From positions 10,547 through 74,546 of the forward strand of contig CAIKAP010000097.1 of assembly GCA_903825435.1 (NCBI GenBank): 64,000 bases of DNA, given 5' to 3'. The notes beneath the pieces are model-generated. The model did no database searches and was not told the DNA's origin. It worked only from the letters and a program-made list of their open reading frames with translations. Source of the stretch: an uncultured Verrucomicrobiota bacterium (lineage in GTDB: Bacteria > Verrucomicrobiota > Verrucomicrobiia > Palsa-1439). Numbering within the stretch: position 1 is the stretch's first letter; each line of letters begins with the position of its first letter. This document shows positions 20,528 to 29,092 of the stretch, one piece after another. The position numbers were made by a program, and so were the translations under genes.

Positions 20528-22420
20528 CTACGGATTATTCTTTGTGTTGGCTGGATCGGTGATGGGCGGGAACCAATGTTTCTTGTCGGCGGCTTTGCCT
20601 AGCTCCGTCGTGCCGCAACGTTTGACGAGTGCTTTGTAGAAACGGTCGGCGGATTTTGGATCGCGATTCTTCAGCCACGTGCCGGCTTCGCACAAGACGC
20701 GCGCGGTATCGTCGTTGTTGTCGGGCATCAACGCGGCGGCTTCCCACGCGAGGTTGGCGGCGAGGTAGCGGTAGTGGAACCGCGCGGCTATCGTGGTCGG
20801 CGGTTCCTCGGCGCGCTGGCGTTCGGTACAGGTGACGAGGTCTTCGTACTTGAGCCGGTTGGAGGTCATCTGGACGCGGTTGGAGAGTGTCGAGCCGAGT
20901 TCGTACTGGCCTTCAACGCAATGGAAATCCGGATCGCCTTCGGTGCTGAGCAGCGTCATTCCCCACCAACGCGTCTGTCGCGCGGCCTCGAACAACGCGG
21001 CGGCGCGTTCGGCGGTGGGCTTGGCGTTGTCGCGGCCGGTGCGGAAGGCGGCGACGTATTTGTCGAACTCGGGTTGGAGCCGCTCGGCGTAGTACGGGCG
21101 CGCTTCGTCGAGCCGTCCAAGCCGGGCGAGGCGTCGGGCGAGGAGCCAGCGGATATCGACGCTGGGGTTGAATTCGTATTGATGCCGTCCGTACCAGTCG
21201 GAGTGCGGCCAGCGCTGGTCAACGTAGTGTTTGAGTTCGTCGGCGGTGAGGACGCGCTCGGCGACGTAGGCGGCGTCCCACCAGTAGTTGTTGCGAAGGA
21301 GCAGGTCGAGGGAGTCGGTGAATTGTCCGCGCGACATCTGGAGGACGGCGAGTTCGCTGGCGACTTGTTGCGGTGTGGTGTGTTCTTCGCGGGGATCAAT
21401 GTTGCCTTCAGGCAGAGTCCGATACGCGCTAGACCAATCGTCGTTGCGCGGGAACTGGCGGACGATGTTGGCGAGGAGGGCGGCGGCTTCGTTGAGCTTG
21501 CCGTCGCGGAGCAGCAGTTTGACGCGGAGCCATTGCGCGATGGGCGAATCGGCAGGGGCGCATTTCAACCAGCGCGCGGCGAGCGCGGTGTTACCGACTT
21601 GGTAAGCGGCCCATGCGAGCCGGTCGGCGCCGGTGAGTTGGAAGTTCCCGGTGGCTTCGACGGCGACGAGCCAAGCGAGCGTCTGTTCGCGCTCGCCTCG
21701 GCCGGAGACAAGGTAGGCGGTGACGACGCGGCGGAGGTTCTTGTCACGGGCGTAGCGGAGGAGGTCGGACTTGAGAACGCGCTCGGAGACGATGCGGAGC
21801 GATTGGACGGCGGTGGCGTCGCCGGTGGAGAGTTGTTGGAGGTAGAGCGCGGTGGCGCGTTCGAGGTGGTCTTGTCGGAGTTCGGCCTGCGCTTCCCAAC
21901 CGAGACTCGACGCGGCGAGGCCGAGCGTGTCGTGGAAACCGTCGGCGGCAAGCTCACGTGTGCGTCGGAACCACGGGATGGATTTTGCCGGGTCGGCGGC
22001 GAGAAGAGATTTGCCGATCATAAACGCGGCCCACGTGCTGCGGTAGCGGCGCTCGGCGGCGGGACGTTTCAGCAACACGGTCCACGCGGTGCGGGCTTCG
22101 TTGGTGTTGCCGGTGCGCCAGAGGTCGGCGCCGCGTTGGTAGTCGGCGAACTCGGCGAGCGGTTGGGAGTTGAGTTCGGCAGCGCGGCGGTCATCTTGCG
22201 CGGCGACGGCGGTGTCGTTGGATGCGGCGCGAAAATTTGTCGGAAGCCGGGGCGGTTCGAGTTCGCGGGCGAAAGTGGCGACGGGCGTGGCTTGAAGTGT
22301 CTCGGCCGGTTGGTCGAGAACGGTGTTCGGAAAAAATGGGCCGCACGCAAACGACGGCACGACGAAAAATAATGCAGCGGCACACCCGAAAAGGGCGCAG
22401 CTACTCAATCTGAGTTTCAC
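20528..22420 (-). CDS. Exported alpha-helical/TPR-like protein, partner of DUF3142
   Basis: GTG start overlapping the DUF3142 stop; signal peptide then CGPFFPN; YWWDAAYVAERVLT, RFHYRY motifs. Confidence 0.7.
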   Translation of the reverse strand: MKLRLSSCALFGCAAALFFVVPSFACGPFFPNTVLDQPAETLQATPVATFARELEPPRLPTNFRAASNDTAVAAQDDRRAAELNSQPLAEFADYQRGADLWRTGNTNEARTAWTVLLKRPAAERRYRSTWAAFMIGKSLLAADPAKSIPWFRRTRELAADGFHDTLGLAASSLGWEAQAELRQDHLERATALYLQQLSTGDATAVQSLRIVSERVLKSDLLRYARDKNLRRVVTAYLVSGRGEREQTLAWLVAVEATGNFQLTGADRLAWAAYQVGNTALAARWLKCAPADSPIAQWLRVKLLLRDGKLNEAAALLANIVRQFPRNDDWSSAYRTLPEGNIDPREEHTTPQQVASELAVLQMSRGQFTDSLDLLLRNNYWWDAAYVAERVLTADELKHYVDQRWPHSDWYGRHQYEFNPSVDIRWLLARRLARLGRLDEARPYYAERLQPEFDKYVAAFRTGRDNAKPTAERAAALFEAARQTRWWGMTLLSTEGDPDFHCVEGQYELGSTLSNRVQMTSNRLKYEDLVTCTERQRAEEPPTTIAARFHYRYLAANLAWEAAALMPDNNDDTARVLCEAGTWLKNRDPKSADRFYKALVKRCGTTELGKAADKKHWFPPITDPANTKNNP

Positions 22421-23483
22421 AAACGATCTCCTTGTTGTCGCGGAAACGGAGCCAGCCGATGTTGCGGCGCTGGCCAGGTGCGAGTCGCGGGTTCCCCAAG
22501 AACCGCGTCGCGTTCGTTTCGTTGACGGAGACGTTTGTATCAAAACCGGCGAGCGCATCGCAAGCCAAAAGCGCAGCGTCGCGCGCGCGCCAGCGGACGA
22601 CGACGGTGGTTTTAGTAAAAGCGTCGGCGTCGCCGCGGTTGAGGAGATCAATTTCGACCAAGCTGGGCTGCGTCTGGCGCGTTTCGGCGGCGAGCGAAGG
22701 TTGCGGCGTGCGGCCCGCGATGACGGCGGCGAGGGTCGGCCAACGCCAATTTAATTTGTCGTTGTCGGTCGGGAGCCGGTACCAGATGAAGCCGGTAAGG
22801 TTCGTCGGCGGGGCGGTGGTGAGATCGCGGACGAGCGCAGCGAGTGCGATGGGATCGGCGTGCAGGCCGATGGGATGGCCGTAGGTCGGAAGTGCGACGC
22901 GGAACGGTTTGCCGAAGCGTGAGGCTTGCGCGATGGCGCGGCGGGCGGCGTCGGTGTCGCAGAGTGTGCGGGTGTTGGCGTCGATGGAGTGGACTTGGAG
23001 GACGAAGCCGTCGGTGGCGGCGACGAGCCGTCGGAATTCGGTTTCGTGCCGGAGCCAGCACGGGAGCACGGTGATGGTAAACGGCGTCGGTGCGATGGCA
23101 TCACGAAGCGGGGCGAGCCACTTGCGGTAGGTGTCGAGCTTGGATTCAGGCGAGTCGAAGTCGATTTGAAGCTCGGCGGGTGTGAGGCCGTGGGCACGAG
23201 CGGCGGCGAGGATGTTGGTGGCGAGTGTGACAGTGATGGTGGCGGAGGCGTTTGCTCGGAGCGCGAGTCCGATGGATTTTCCGGTAGCGCGGAGTGCGGC
23301 GTAGTCGGGTGTGATGGTGACAGTGCGTTCGCCGGAGACTTCGGCGTTGAGGAAGACGAAGCGGTCGAGCGTGGGCGCGGTGTTGGTGACGGCGCGGGTG
23401 ACAGCGTCGTCCCAATTGTGCTGCCAGATGTAAGCTTGGTGTGGCAAAGCGGTGGCGAAGAGAACGGCTACGAGCAGATGCAT
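22401..23483 (-). CDS. DUF3142 family protein (GH18-like TIM barrel suspected)
   Basis: AYIWQ, ELQIDFD, ITVLPCWL, FVLQVH, PFRVALPTY, IWYRLP. Confidence 0.8.
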   Translation of the reverse strand: MHLLVAVLFATALPHQAYIWQHNWDDAVTRAVTNTAPTLDRFVFLNAEVSGERTVTITPDYAALRATGKSIGLALRANASATITVTLATNILAAARAHGLTPAELQIDFDSPESKLDTYRKWLAPLRDAIAPTPFTITVLPCWLRHETEFRRLVAATDGFVLQVHSIDANTRTLCDTDAARRAIAQASRFGKPFRVALPTYGHPIGLHADPIALAALVRDLTTAPPTNLTGFIWYRLPTDNDKLNWRWPTLAAVIAGRTPQPSLAAETRQTQPSLVEIDLLNRGDADAFTKTTVVVRWRARDAALLACDALAGFDTNVSVNETNATRFLGNPRLAPGQRRNIGWLRFRDNKEIVCETQIE

Positions 23484-23547
23484 GAGGAGTTTTTATCACG
23501 AAGCTGGTTGGTTGCAAAGGATGGGGCAGGCGAGTACGATACGCAAT

Positions 23548-24180
23548 ATGAAAGATTTGATGACAAAATTGAGGAAGTCGTTTTTTGCCGGACTGCTGGT
23601 AGTACTGCCGGTAGCGGCGTCGGTGCTGATTTTGATCGGGCTGTTTACTTGGGTGACGGACTTCATGTTGCCGCCGGTATTGCAGGACAAGATGTTGACG
23701 CCGGTGTATCGGGTGGCGGCGTTCGTGTTGTTTGTGGGGTTCACGATTTTGGTGGGGTGGGTGACACGGTTGGTGATTGGGAAACGGATGGTGAGTTTGA
23801 GCGAGGAGATCATCGGTCGAGTGCCAGTGTTGAATCGAACATACGGGTTCATCAAGGAGATTAGCCAGACGTTTTTGGGTGGACGGAAGACGATGTTTCA
23901 GCGGGTGGTGCTGGTGGAGTTTCCAAAGGAAGGGATGTACGCGATTGGGTTTGTGACGAGCGAGACGGGTGGTGAGGCGCAGGCGAAGACGAAGGAGCAA
24001 GTGGTGAATGTGTTCGTGCCGACAACGCCGAATCCGACGAGCGGATTTCTGTTGTTGGTGCCGCAGGAGAAAGTGATTGCGTTGGAGATGAGCGTGGGGG
24101 ATGGGATGAAGATGGTGATTTCTGGCGGAAGTGTGGTGCCGCTGTGGCCAGTGGTGGGTGAGGCAGGTAATGGACGTTGA
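23548..24180 (+). CDS. DUF502 membrane protein
   Basis: FFAGLLVVLP, VVLVEFP..G, VFVPTTPNPTSGF, ISGG. Confidence 0.92.
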   Translation: MKDLMTKLRKSFFAGLLVVLPVAASVLILIGLFTWVTDFMLPPVLQDKMLTPVYRVAAFVLFVGFTILVGWVTRLVIGKRMVSLSEEIIGRVPVLNRTYGFIKEISQTFLGGRKTMFQRVVLVEFPKEGMYAIGFVTSETGGEAQAKTKEQVVNVFVPTTPNPTSGFLLLVPQEKVIALEMSVGDGMKMVISGGSVVPLWPVVGEAGNGR

Positions 24181-24811
24181 GCGGGCGGAAGGGATCGTGT
24201 TGCGGTGCCAGCCAGTTATGGAGTCGAGCTTGATTGTGACGTGGTTCACGCGGGAGTTTGGGAAGTTGAAGACGCTGGCGAAGGGGGCGCGTCGGGCGAA
24301 GAGTCCGATGCGGGGGAAGCTGGATTTGTTTTACCGGGACGAATTTTTGTTTCTACGGTCGAAGCGGAGTGATCTGCATTTGTTGCACGAGTGTTTTTTG
24401 GAGGAGCCGCACGTGGCGATGCGGGAGTCGCTGGGGCGCGTGGCGTCGGCGTCGTTTGTGTGCGAGTTGGTGGAGTTGGCGATGGCGGTGGAGGATGCGA
24501 ATCTGAAGGTGTTCGATTTACTGGAGCAGGGGTTAGAAGGGGTCGGGAGGGATGTGGGGGCAGCGGCGGTGATTTGGTTCGAGTTGCAGTTATTGGCGGC
24601 ATGTGGCTGGGCGCCGCAGTGGCGAGATACGGGCGGGACGAATCGGATGTTGCAGTCGCTGGCGGCGGCGAACTGGGCGACGGTGCAACGGGTACAGTTA
24701 AGTGCGCCGCAGGTGGGGGAGACGCAGGAGAGGTTGGGGCATTTTTGGGAGGAAGAGGTGGGACGGCTTCCGCGCTCGGGGCGGTGGTTGATGGCGAAAA
24801 ACAGCGGTTGA
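24170..24811 (+). CDS. recO: DNA repair protein RecO
   Basis: AEGIVLR, ESSLIVTWFTREFGKLKTLAKGARR, FELQLLAACGWAP. Confidence 0.85.
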   Translation: MDVERAEGIVLRCQPVMESSLIVTWFTREFGKLKTLAKGARRAKSPMRGKLDLFYRDEFLFLRSKRSDLHLLHECFLEEPHVAMRESLGRVASASFVCELVELAMAVEDANLKVFDLLEQGLEGVGRDVGAAAVIWFELQLLAACGWAPQWRDTGGTNRMLQSLAAANWATVQRVQLSAPQVGETQERLGHFWEEEVGRLPRSGRWLMAKNSG

Positions 24812-24998
24812 CCGCAGAGGTGGTGGCAACTATTATGGGATGTAGGTAACGAGAGGTCGTCTCGCGGTGAGAGGCGGCGAGTAGGTGAGCCGCAGGGTGT
24901 CGAGACGAATGATGACATAGGTTATAGAGAAGCAGAGAAGTGTGCCTGCAAGGCTGACCTGTAGAGATCAACCAATAAGATGAGGAGCAAGAAGAGTC

Positions 24999-26891
24999 AT
25001 GGCTATAAAACAAATTGAGTTTCCTACCCACGAACGTCCGCATACGGAGACTCCGGTGCTACCGATGTTCATAATCGCAATTGCGTTTACCGTCGGCTGG
25101 TTCCTTCTGTTATTTTTCACACCTGTCACCGACGGCAATTTCCTGCGTGACCTGTTCCTTGGTGCAGAACGCAAAGGGGGACAGGTGGTGAAGAGCTTCA
25201 TGACCGAACGTCTGATCTTCCAAGGGATGATTACCTTCGTGTGGGCATTGTCCACGGCGACGATCGTTCTGAAGATGCTGCGTACCAAGCGGGAGCGTGC
25301 GTCGTTGGATCCGGATACTATTCCTGAGAATTTGGATTATCGTAATAAAGAGCAGTGCATTGAAGTGTATGAGCAGATCAAAAGCCGTCCGGATATGGTG
25401 GACAGTTTAGGGCTGACGCGAGTGGTGCGAGTGTTGGGAATGTGGATTAACTCGGAGGATTTTGAGCGGACAGCTCAGTACGCGCGGGAACAGGCTGACT
25501 TGGATGCGCAGGCTTCTGACGCCTCATATCGGCGTAATCGTCTGTTCATTTGGGCGATGCCCCTGTTGGGATTCGTCGGCACGGTGTTCGGCGTGGCGGC
25601 GGGCATTTCGGGTTTCTCGGCGTTCTTGAGCGGAGCCAACGTCACCCCTGAACAGATCAAGGAGCAAGTTGGTAAGATTACCACAGGTCTGGCGGTGGCG
25701 TTCTATTGTACCCTGCTGGGCCTGGTCGCCGCCGGTTTGGCGGCGTTCCCTAGTTTGATGGCGGAACGACGGGAGGAAGACTCCCTCAGCGAAATCGAGG
25801 AATATGTCCAGGACCGGATGATTTGCAAGATGCCGTCGGGCGAAAAAGAGGAACGGAAACTGGCCGAAGATATCGCCGCTGCTGTATGCCAGGGGATGGA
25901 AGGGGCGACCATGAAACAGCAGTTCCCCATCGAAGAACTTGCACAAGCGATTGACGCGGGGTTCCGTCGATTGCCAAATCCCGACCGGTACGAAGAAGTG
26001 TTCTCGCGGGCCATCAGCAAGGCCGGTGACCTGATTAACCAAAAGTACGACGAGTTTGCGCAGAACTATGAGCGGCGCGTTAGCGAGCTGGGATCGCAGC
26101 TTGGCGGTAAGCTGGAAGGTGTAGCTAACTCGTTCAACAGCGGTTCCCAACAACTCGCCGCGCAGATTGGTAGCAAGTTGGAAGGTGTTGGCAATGCCTT
26201 CAATATGGGCACCCAGCGCCTGGCCCAGCAACTCACTGAGCAGACGCAGAAGCTTGGCCAGACATTGACGGAAGTGGAGGGCCGTCAGACCGAACGCATG
26301 GACGGCATCGTGGACGAGATGAAACGGCTGGCCACACAGATGCCCGACGAATTCCGCAAGGCGCAGGAACGGTACCTGGAACTACAGGCGAAGACCGAGC
26401 AGAAGACGATCGACCGGTTCGAGGAGTTGACGGAGCAGATCACCACCGCGGGCAAGGAACAATCGGAACAATTCGCTGAGGCCCACGAGAAGTATCTGGA
26501 CGCTATCAACGACCTCGACAAGAAGGAAATCGCCCGGTGGGAGAAGATGGTGGGAGATTTCAACAAGCTGGCAGGGCAACTGGGAGACGCGTTCAAGCAG
26601 TCCGTCGCTTCGATGGATTCCGCATCGGGCCGCTACAGCGAGCGGATCCAAGCCTCCGTGGAATCGCTTAACGAACAGCTCGAATCGATCCAGAAAGTGG
26701 GCACCGAAATCGACAAGGTGTTGCGCACGACCCAGTCAGTGGAAGCCACATTGCGGCAGGTGGGCAGTTCCGACGAGTTCCGCCAGACGCTGGCGAACCT
26801 GCGGACGCACTTGACGACCAGCGACGAGCTGCTGAAGCAGTTGTCGCGACCGCGCAAGGTGGTGTTCCAGGAATCGCGCGCGGAAGAATAG
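24999..26891 (+). CDS. MotA/TolQ/ExbB-family proton-channel protein with long C-terminal helical tail
   Basis: Four hydrophobic segments incl. MPLLGFVGTVFG and GLAVAFYCTLLGL, then about 350 aa of Q/E/K/A-rich helical sequence. Confidence 0.85.
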   Translation: MAIKQIEFPTHERPHTETPVLPMFIIAIAFTVGWFLLLFFTPVTDGNFLRDLFLGAERKGGQVVKSFMTERLIFQGMITFVWALSTATIVLKMLRTKRERASLDPDTIPENLDYRNKEQCIEVYEQIKSRPDMVDSLGLTRVVRVLGMWINSEDFERTAQYAREQADLDAQASDASYRRNRLFIWAMPLLGFVGTVFGVAAGISGFSAFLSGANVTPEQIKEQVGKITTGLAVAFYCTLLGLVAAGLAAFPSLMAERREEDSLSEIEEYVQDRMICKMPSGEKEERKLAEDIAAAVCQGMEGATMKQQFPIEELAQAIDAGFRRLPNPDRYEEVFSRAISKAGDLINQKYDEFAQNYERRVSELGSQLGGKLEGVANSFNSGSQQLAAQIGSKLEGVGNAFNMGTQRLAQQLTEQTQKLGQTLTEVEGRQTERMDGIVDEMKRLATQMPDEFRKAQERYLELQAKTEQKTIDRFEELTEQITTAGKEQSEQFAEAHEKYLDAINDLDKKEIARWEKMVGDFNKLAGQLGDAFKQSVASMDSASGRYSERIQASVESLNEQLESIQKVGTEIDKVLRTTQSVEATLRQVGSSDEFRQTLANLRTHLTTSDELLKQLSRPRKVVFQESRAEE

Positions 26892-26917
26892 ACCGGAAAA
26901 GATATTAAGGCGGTTGT

Positions 26918-27412
26918 ATGGCCAGACGCAAAGCCTACGAGAAGATTAGCATCGACGTTGAGCCGTTCCTGTCCATCATGGCGATCGTGTTGAAGCTGAT
27001 TTCCCTGATTCTCGTGGTTATCGTTATGCGTATTGCCATGAATCCCAAGGCCAAGCGGATCATTTCGCTGAACCTTTGGTCGGGCAAGGGCAACGTGGCA
27101 ACTATGAAAACGCCCACCTATTTTGATTGCCATACGGACTACGTGACGATCTATCCCGGTAACACCAGGGTGACTTGGGATGACCTACAGCGGCCTGCCA
27201 ATCTCATCGAGAAGAGTCTCGACAAAGTGCAAGATAACCGAGCCGAGGAGTATGTTGTGGTAATGGCTCGCCCAAAATCCATCAAGCTGTATCGGACCAT
27301 TCGCAGGCTGATCGGCAAACGGCCGATTGACGTCGGCTACGATGCAGTGGACGCCGACTTCGAGGTCAACTGGGACGAGGCCCGCAAGGCCTTGGCCGTC
27401 AAGGAGGATTAA
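26918..27412 (+). CDS. ExbD/TolR-like single-TM protein 1
   Basis: MARRK...ISIDVEPFLSIMAIVL N-terminal TM resembling ExbD; small extracytoplasmic domain; follows the channel gene. Confidence 0.6.
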   Translation: MARRKAYEKISIDVEPFLSIMAIVLKLISLILVVIVMRIAMNPKAKRIISLNLWSGKGNVATMKTPTYFDCHTDYVTIYPGNTRVTWDDLQRPANLIEKSLDKVQDNRAEEYVVVMARPKSIKLYRTIRRLIGKRPIDVGYDAVDADFEVNWDEARKALAVKED

Positions 27413-27418
27413 CCTTGC

Positions 27419-28054
27419 ATGGCTAAGCGTATCAAAAAAGGTGAACCTGAAATGCTGATAGTGTCGTTTTGCGACATTGTCACCATCACTACCGCTGCCA
27501 TGTTCTTTGCCATGTTGATCACTGTGCAAGAGGCGGTGAAGATTCCTGTGTTTCGCCCGACACCCCGCTCGATTCCGACCGACAAACAGGCCGTGTTCTT
27601 CGAGTGCCGCAACAACGAGTTGTTTATCGTTGACAAGGCGCGCTTGGACGACCAGGTGGCCGACCTGCTCAACTCCGTCAGCCCCGGCGTCAGAGGTGGC
27701 GATCTTACTGGCTTCCTCAAGGCGCTTCAGGGACGGCCGATAACCAACCAGTACTACCGCCTCAATCCTAGCTATCTCCTGACAGCCATCGTGGCGTTAG
27801 AACCCGCGCCCTACGTACCGGGAGAGAGTATGGAAGGGGTGGATCGTCCCAACGGTAAGTATCAGTACATCCTCACGCAGTTAGACCTCAAGAAACAGTA
27901 TGTTGCATTTCTAGTGCGCGATGATAGTTTCCAGATGTTCCGCAAAGCGCGTCAAGTGGCCGACAAGTACGGGTTCGACACCGGCTGGGAATTGCTAGGG
28001 ATTGATGAGCCGATCAAGTTTGGCACCGGCGGACAAAGTGTGACTGTGCAGTAG
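27419..28054 (+). CDS. ExbD/TolR-like single-TM protein 2
   Basis: MAKR...VSFCDIVTIT TM with Asp; FRPTP; FLVRDDSF...GWEL C-terminal domain. Confidence 0.6.
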   Translation: MAKRIKKGEPEMLIVSFCDIVTITTAAMFFAMLITVQEAVKIPVFRPTPRSIPTDKQAVFFECRNNELFIVDKARLDDQVADLLNSVSPGVRGGDLTGFLKALQGRPITNQYYRLNPSYLLTAIVALEPAPYVPGESMEGVDRPNGKYQYILTQLDLKKQYVAFLVRDDSFQMFRKARQVADKYGFDTGWELLGIDEPIKFGTGGQSVTVQ

Positions 28055-28063
28055 GAAGTTGTC

Positions 28064-29092
28064 ATGGCAGCACGCAGTAGAAAGTCCGGTGGACATAAAA
28101 GTGCCCGCATTAGCATCTGGGTGTGGGCACTATTGGTGATTCTGTTAATTACCGGCGGTGGCCTTGCGCTCAACGTCTCGCAGCGCTATCGCCGTGTGGC
28201 GCAGGAAACCAACCAACTGCGCAATGTCGTCCAAGACGCTGCTAGTCGCCAAGAGATAATCTTTAAGACTCCCGCCCGCAAGGAGTTCTCCGCGGCGTTT
28301 CTTCAAATGGCCTTTGGCGACAACCCCCCATTGCTTGAACAAATTAAGGAAGCTCTCGGCCACGCCGTCGGCACCGAACAGACTCTGACTTCCGGTGACG
28401 TCGCGATGATGTTGGTCACCTATCGGTCCGAGGGAGAGTTGCGGGATGTGGCTATCCAGGTATTCGGCAACCTAACCCCTTCCTATCTGCCGCGCTTCAG
28501 CACAGACGGCTTCTGGCGCGGCCAACTGAACGACCAATTCTTCAGCATGGGACAGATGGGATTGTCATTGCTGGGCCGAGAGGTGTTGATCCTCGCTAAC
28601 AAGGAGGTGGAGAAACGGCAGCGTGAATTGTTCGAAGCAGGCTTCGGCGGTGAGTATCCCGTCATACGGGACTATTTTCACGACCCGGTCTCATTCATTG
28701 CTGTGCTGCCAGACCCGGGTAAGTTATTCACCGAAGAGTTCCGTCCTTACATCGCTGTCGCTCTGATCAAGGGCAAGGCATCGATGGAGAGTTTTCGTTT
28801 TGAATTGGTCGCCCTGAGTTATGATCCCCAGAAGGCGCGAGAACTGGCACAGATGTTTTCGGACATGCGGATGATGGCCTTGGGGTTGGGCCGGCTGCGA
28901 AGCGGCGGGTATCACAGCTCCACAGCGGGACTGGATGCGTTAAGCAAGGTACAGATCCGAGTGGATGGCCCCACAGTGGTGGCGAACATGATGTTGCCTA
29001 GGGAGTTCCTTGAACAAGCTTTGCCGCGGTTTGCTAGCACCCTTTCAAGGGGTGTCGGACGCATCAAACGCGGACCGGGATATCCGCAGTGA
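28064..29092 (+). CDS. Hypothetical membrane-anchored protein
   Basis: Basic N-terminus, one TM (IWVWALLVILLITGG), 342 aa, 9 bp after the previous gene. Confidence 0.7.
   Translation: MAARSRKSGGHKSARISIWVWALLVILLITGGGLALNVSQRYRRVAQETNQLRNVVQDAASRQEIIFKTPARKEFSAAFLQMAFGDNPPLLEQIKEALGHAVGTEQTLTSGDVAMMLVTYRSEGELRDVAIQVFGNLTPSYLPRFSTDGFWRGQLNDQFFSMGQMGLSLLGREVLILANKEVEKRQRELFEAGFGGEYPVIRDYFHDPVSFIAVLPDPGKLFTEEFRPYIAVALIKGKASMESFRFELVALSYDPQKARELAQMFSDMRMMALGLGRLRSGGYHSSTAGLDALSKVQIRVDGPTVVANMMLPREFLEQALPRFASTLSRGVGRIKRGPGYPQ

Noticed and set aside
26456..26470. GGAACAATCGGAACA as another copy of the dispersed motif
   Set aside because: The half-site period is 9 rather than 11, and it is explained by EQSEQ codons
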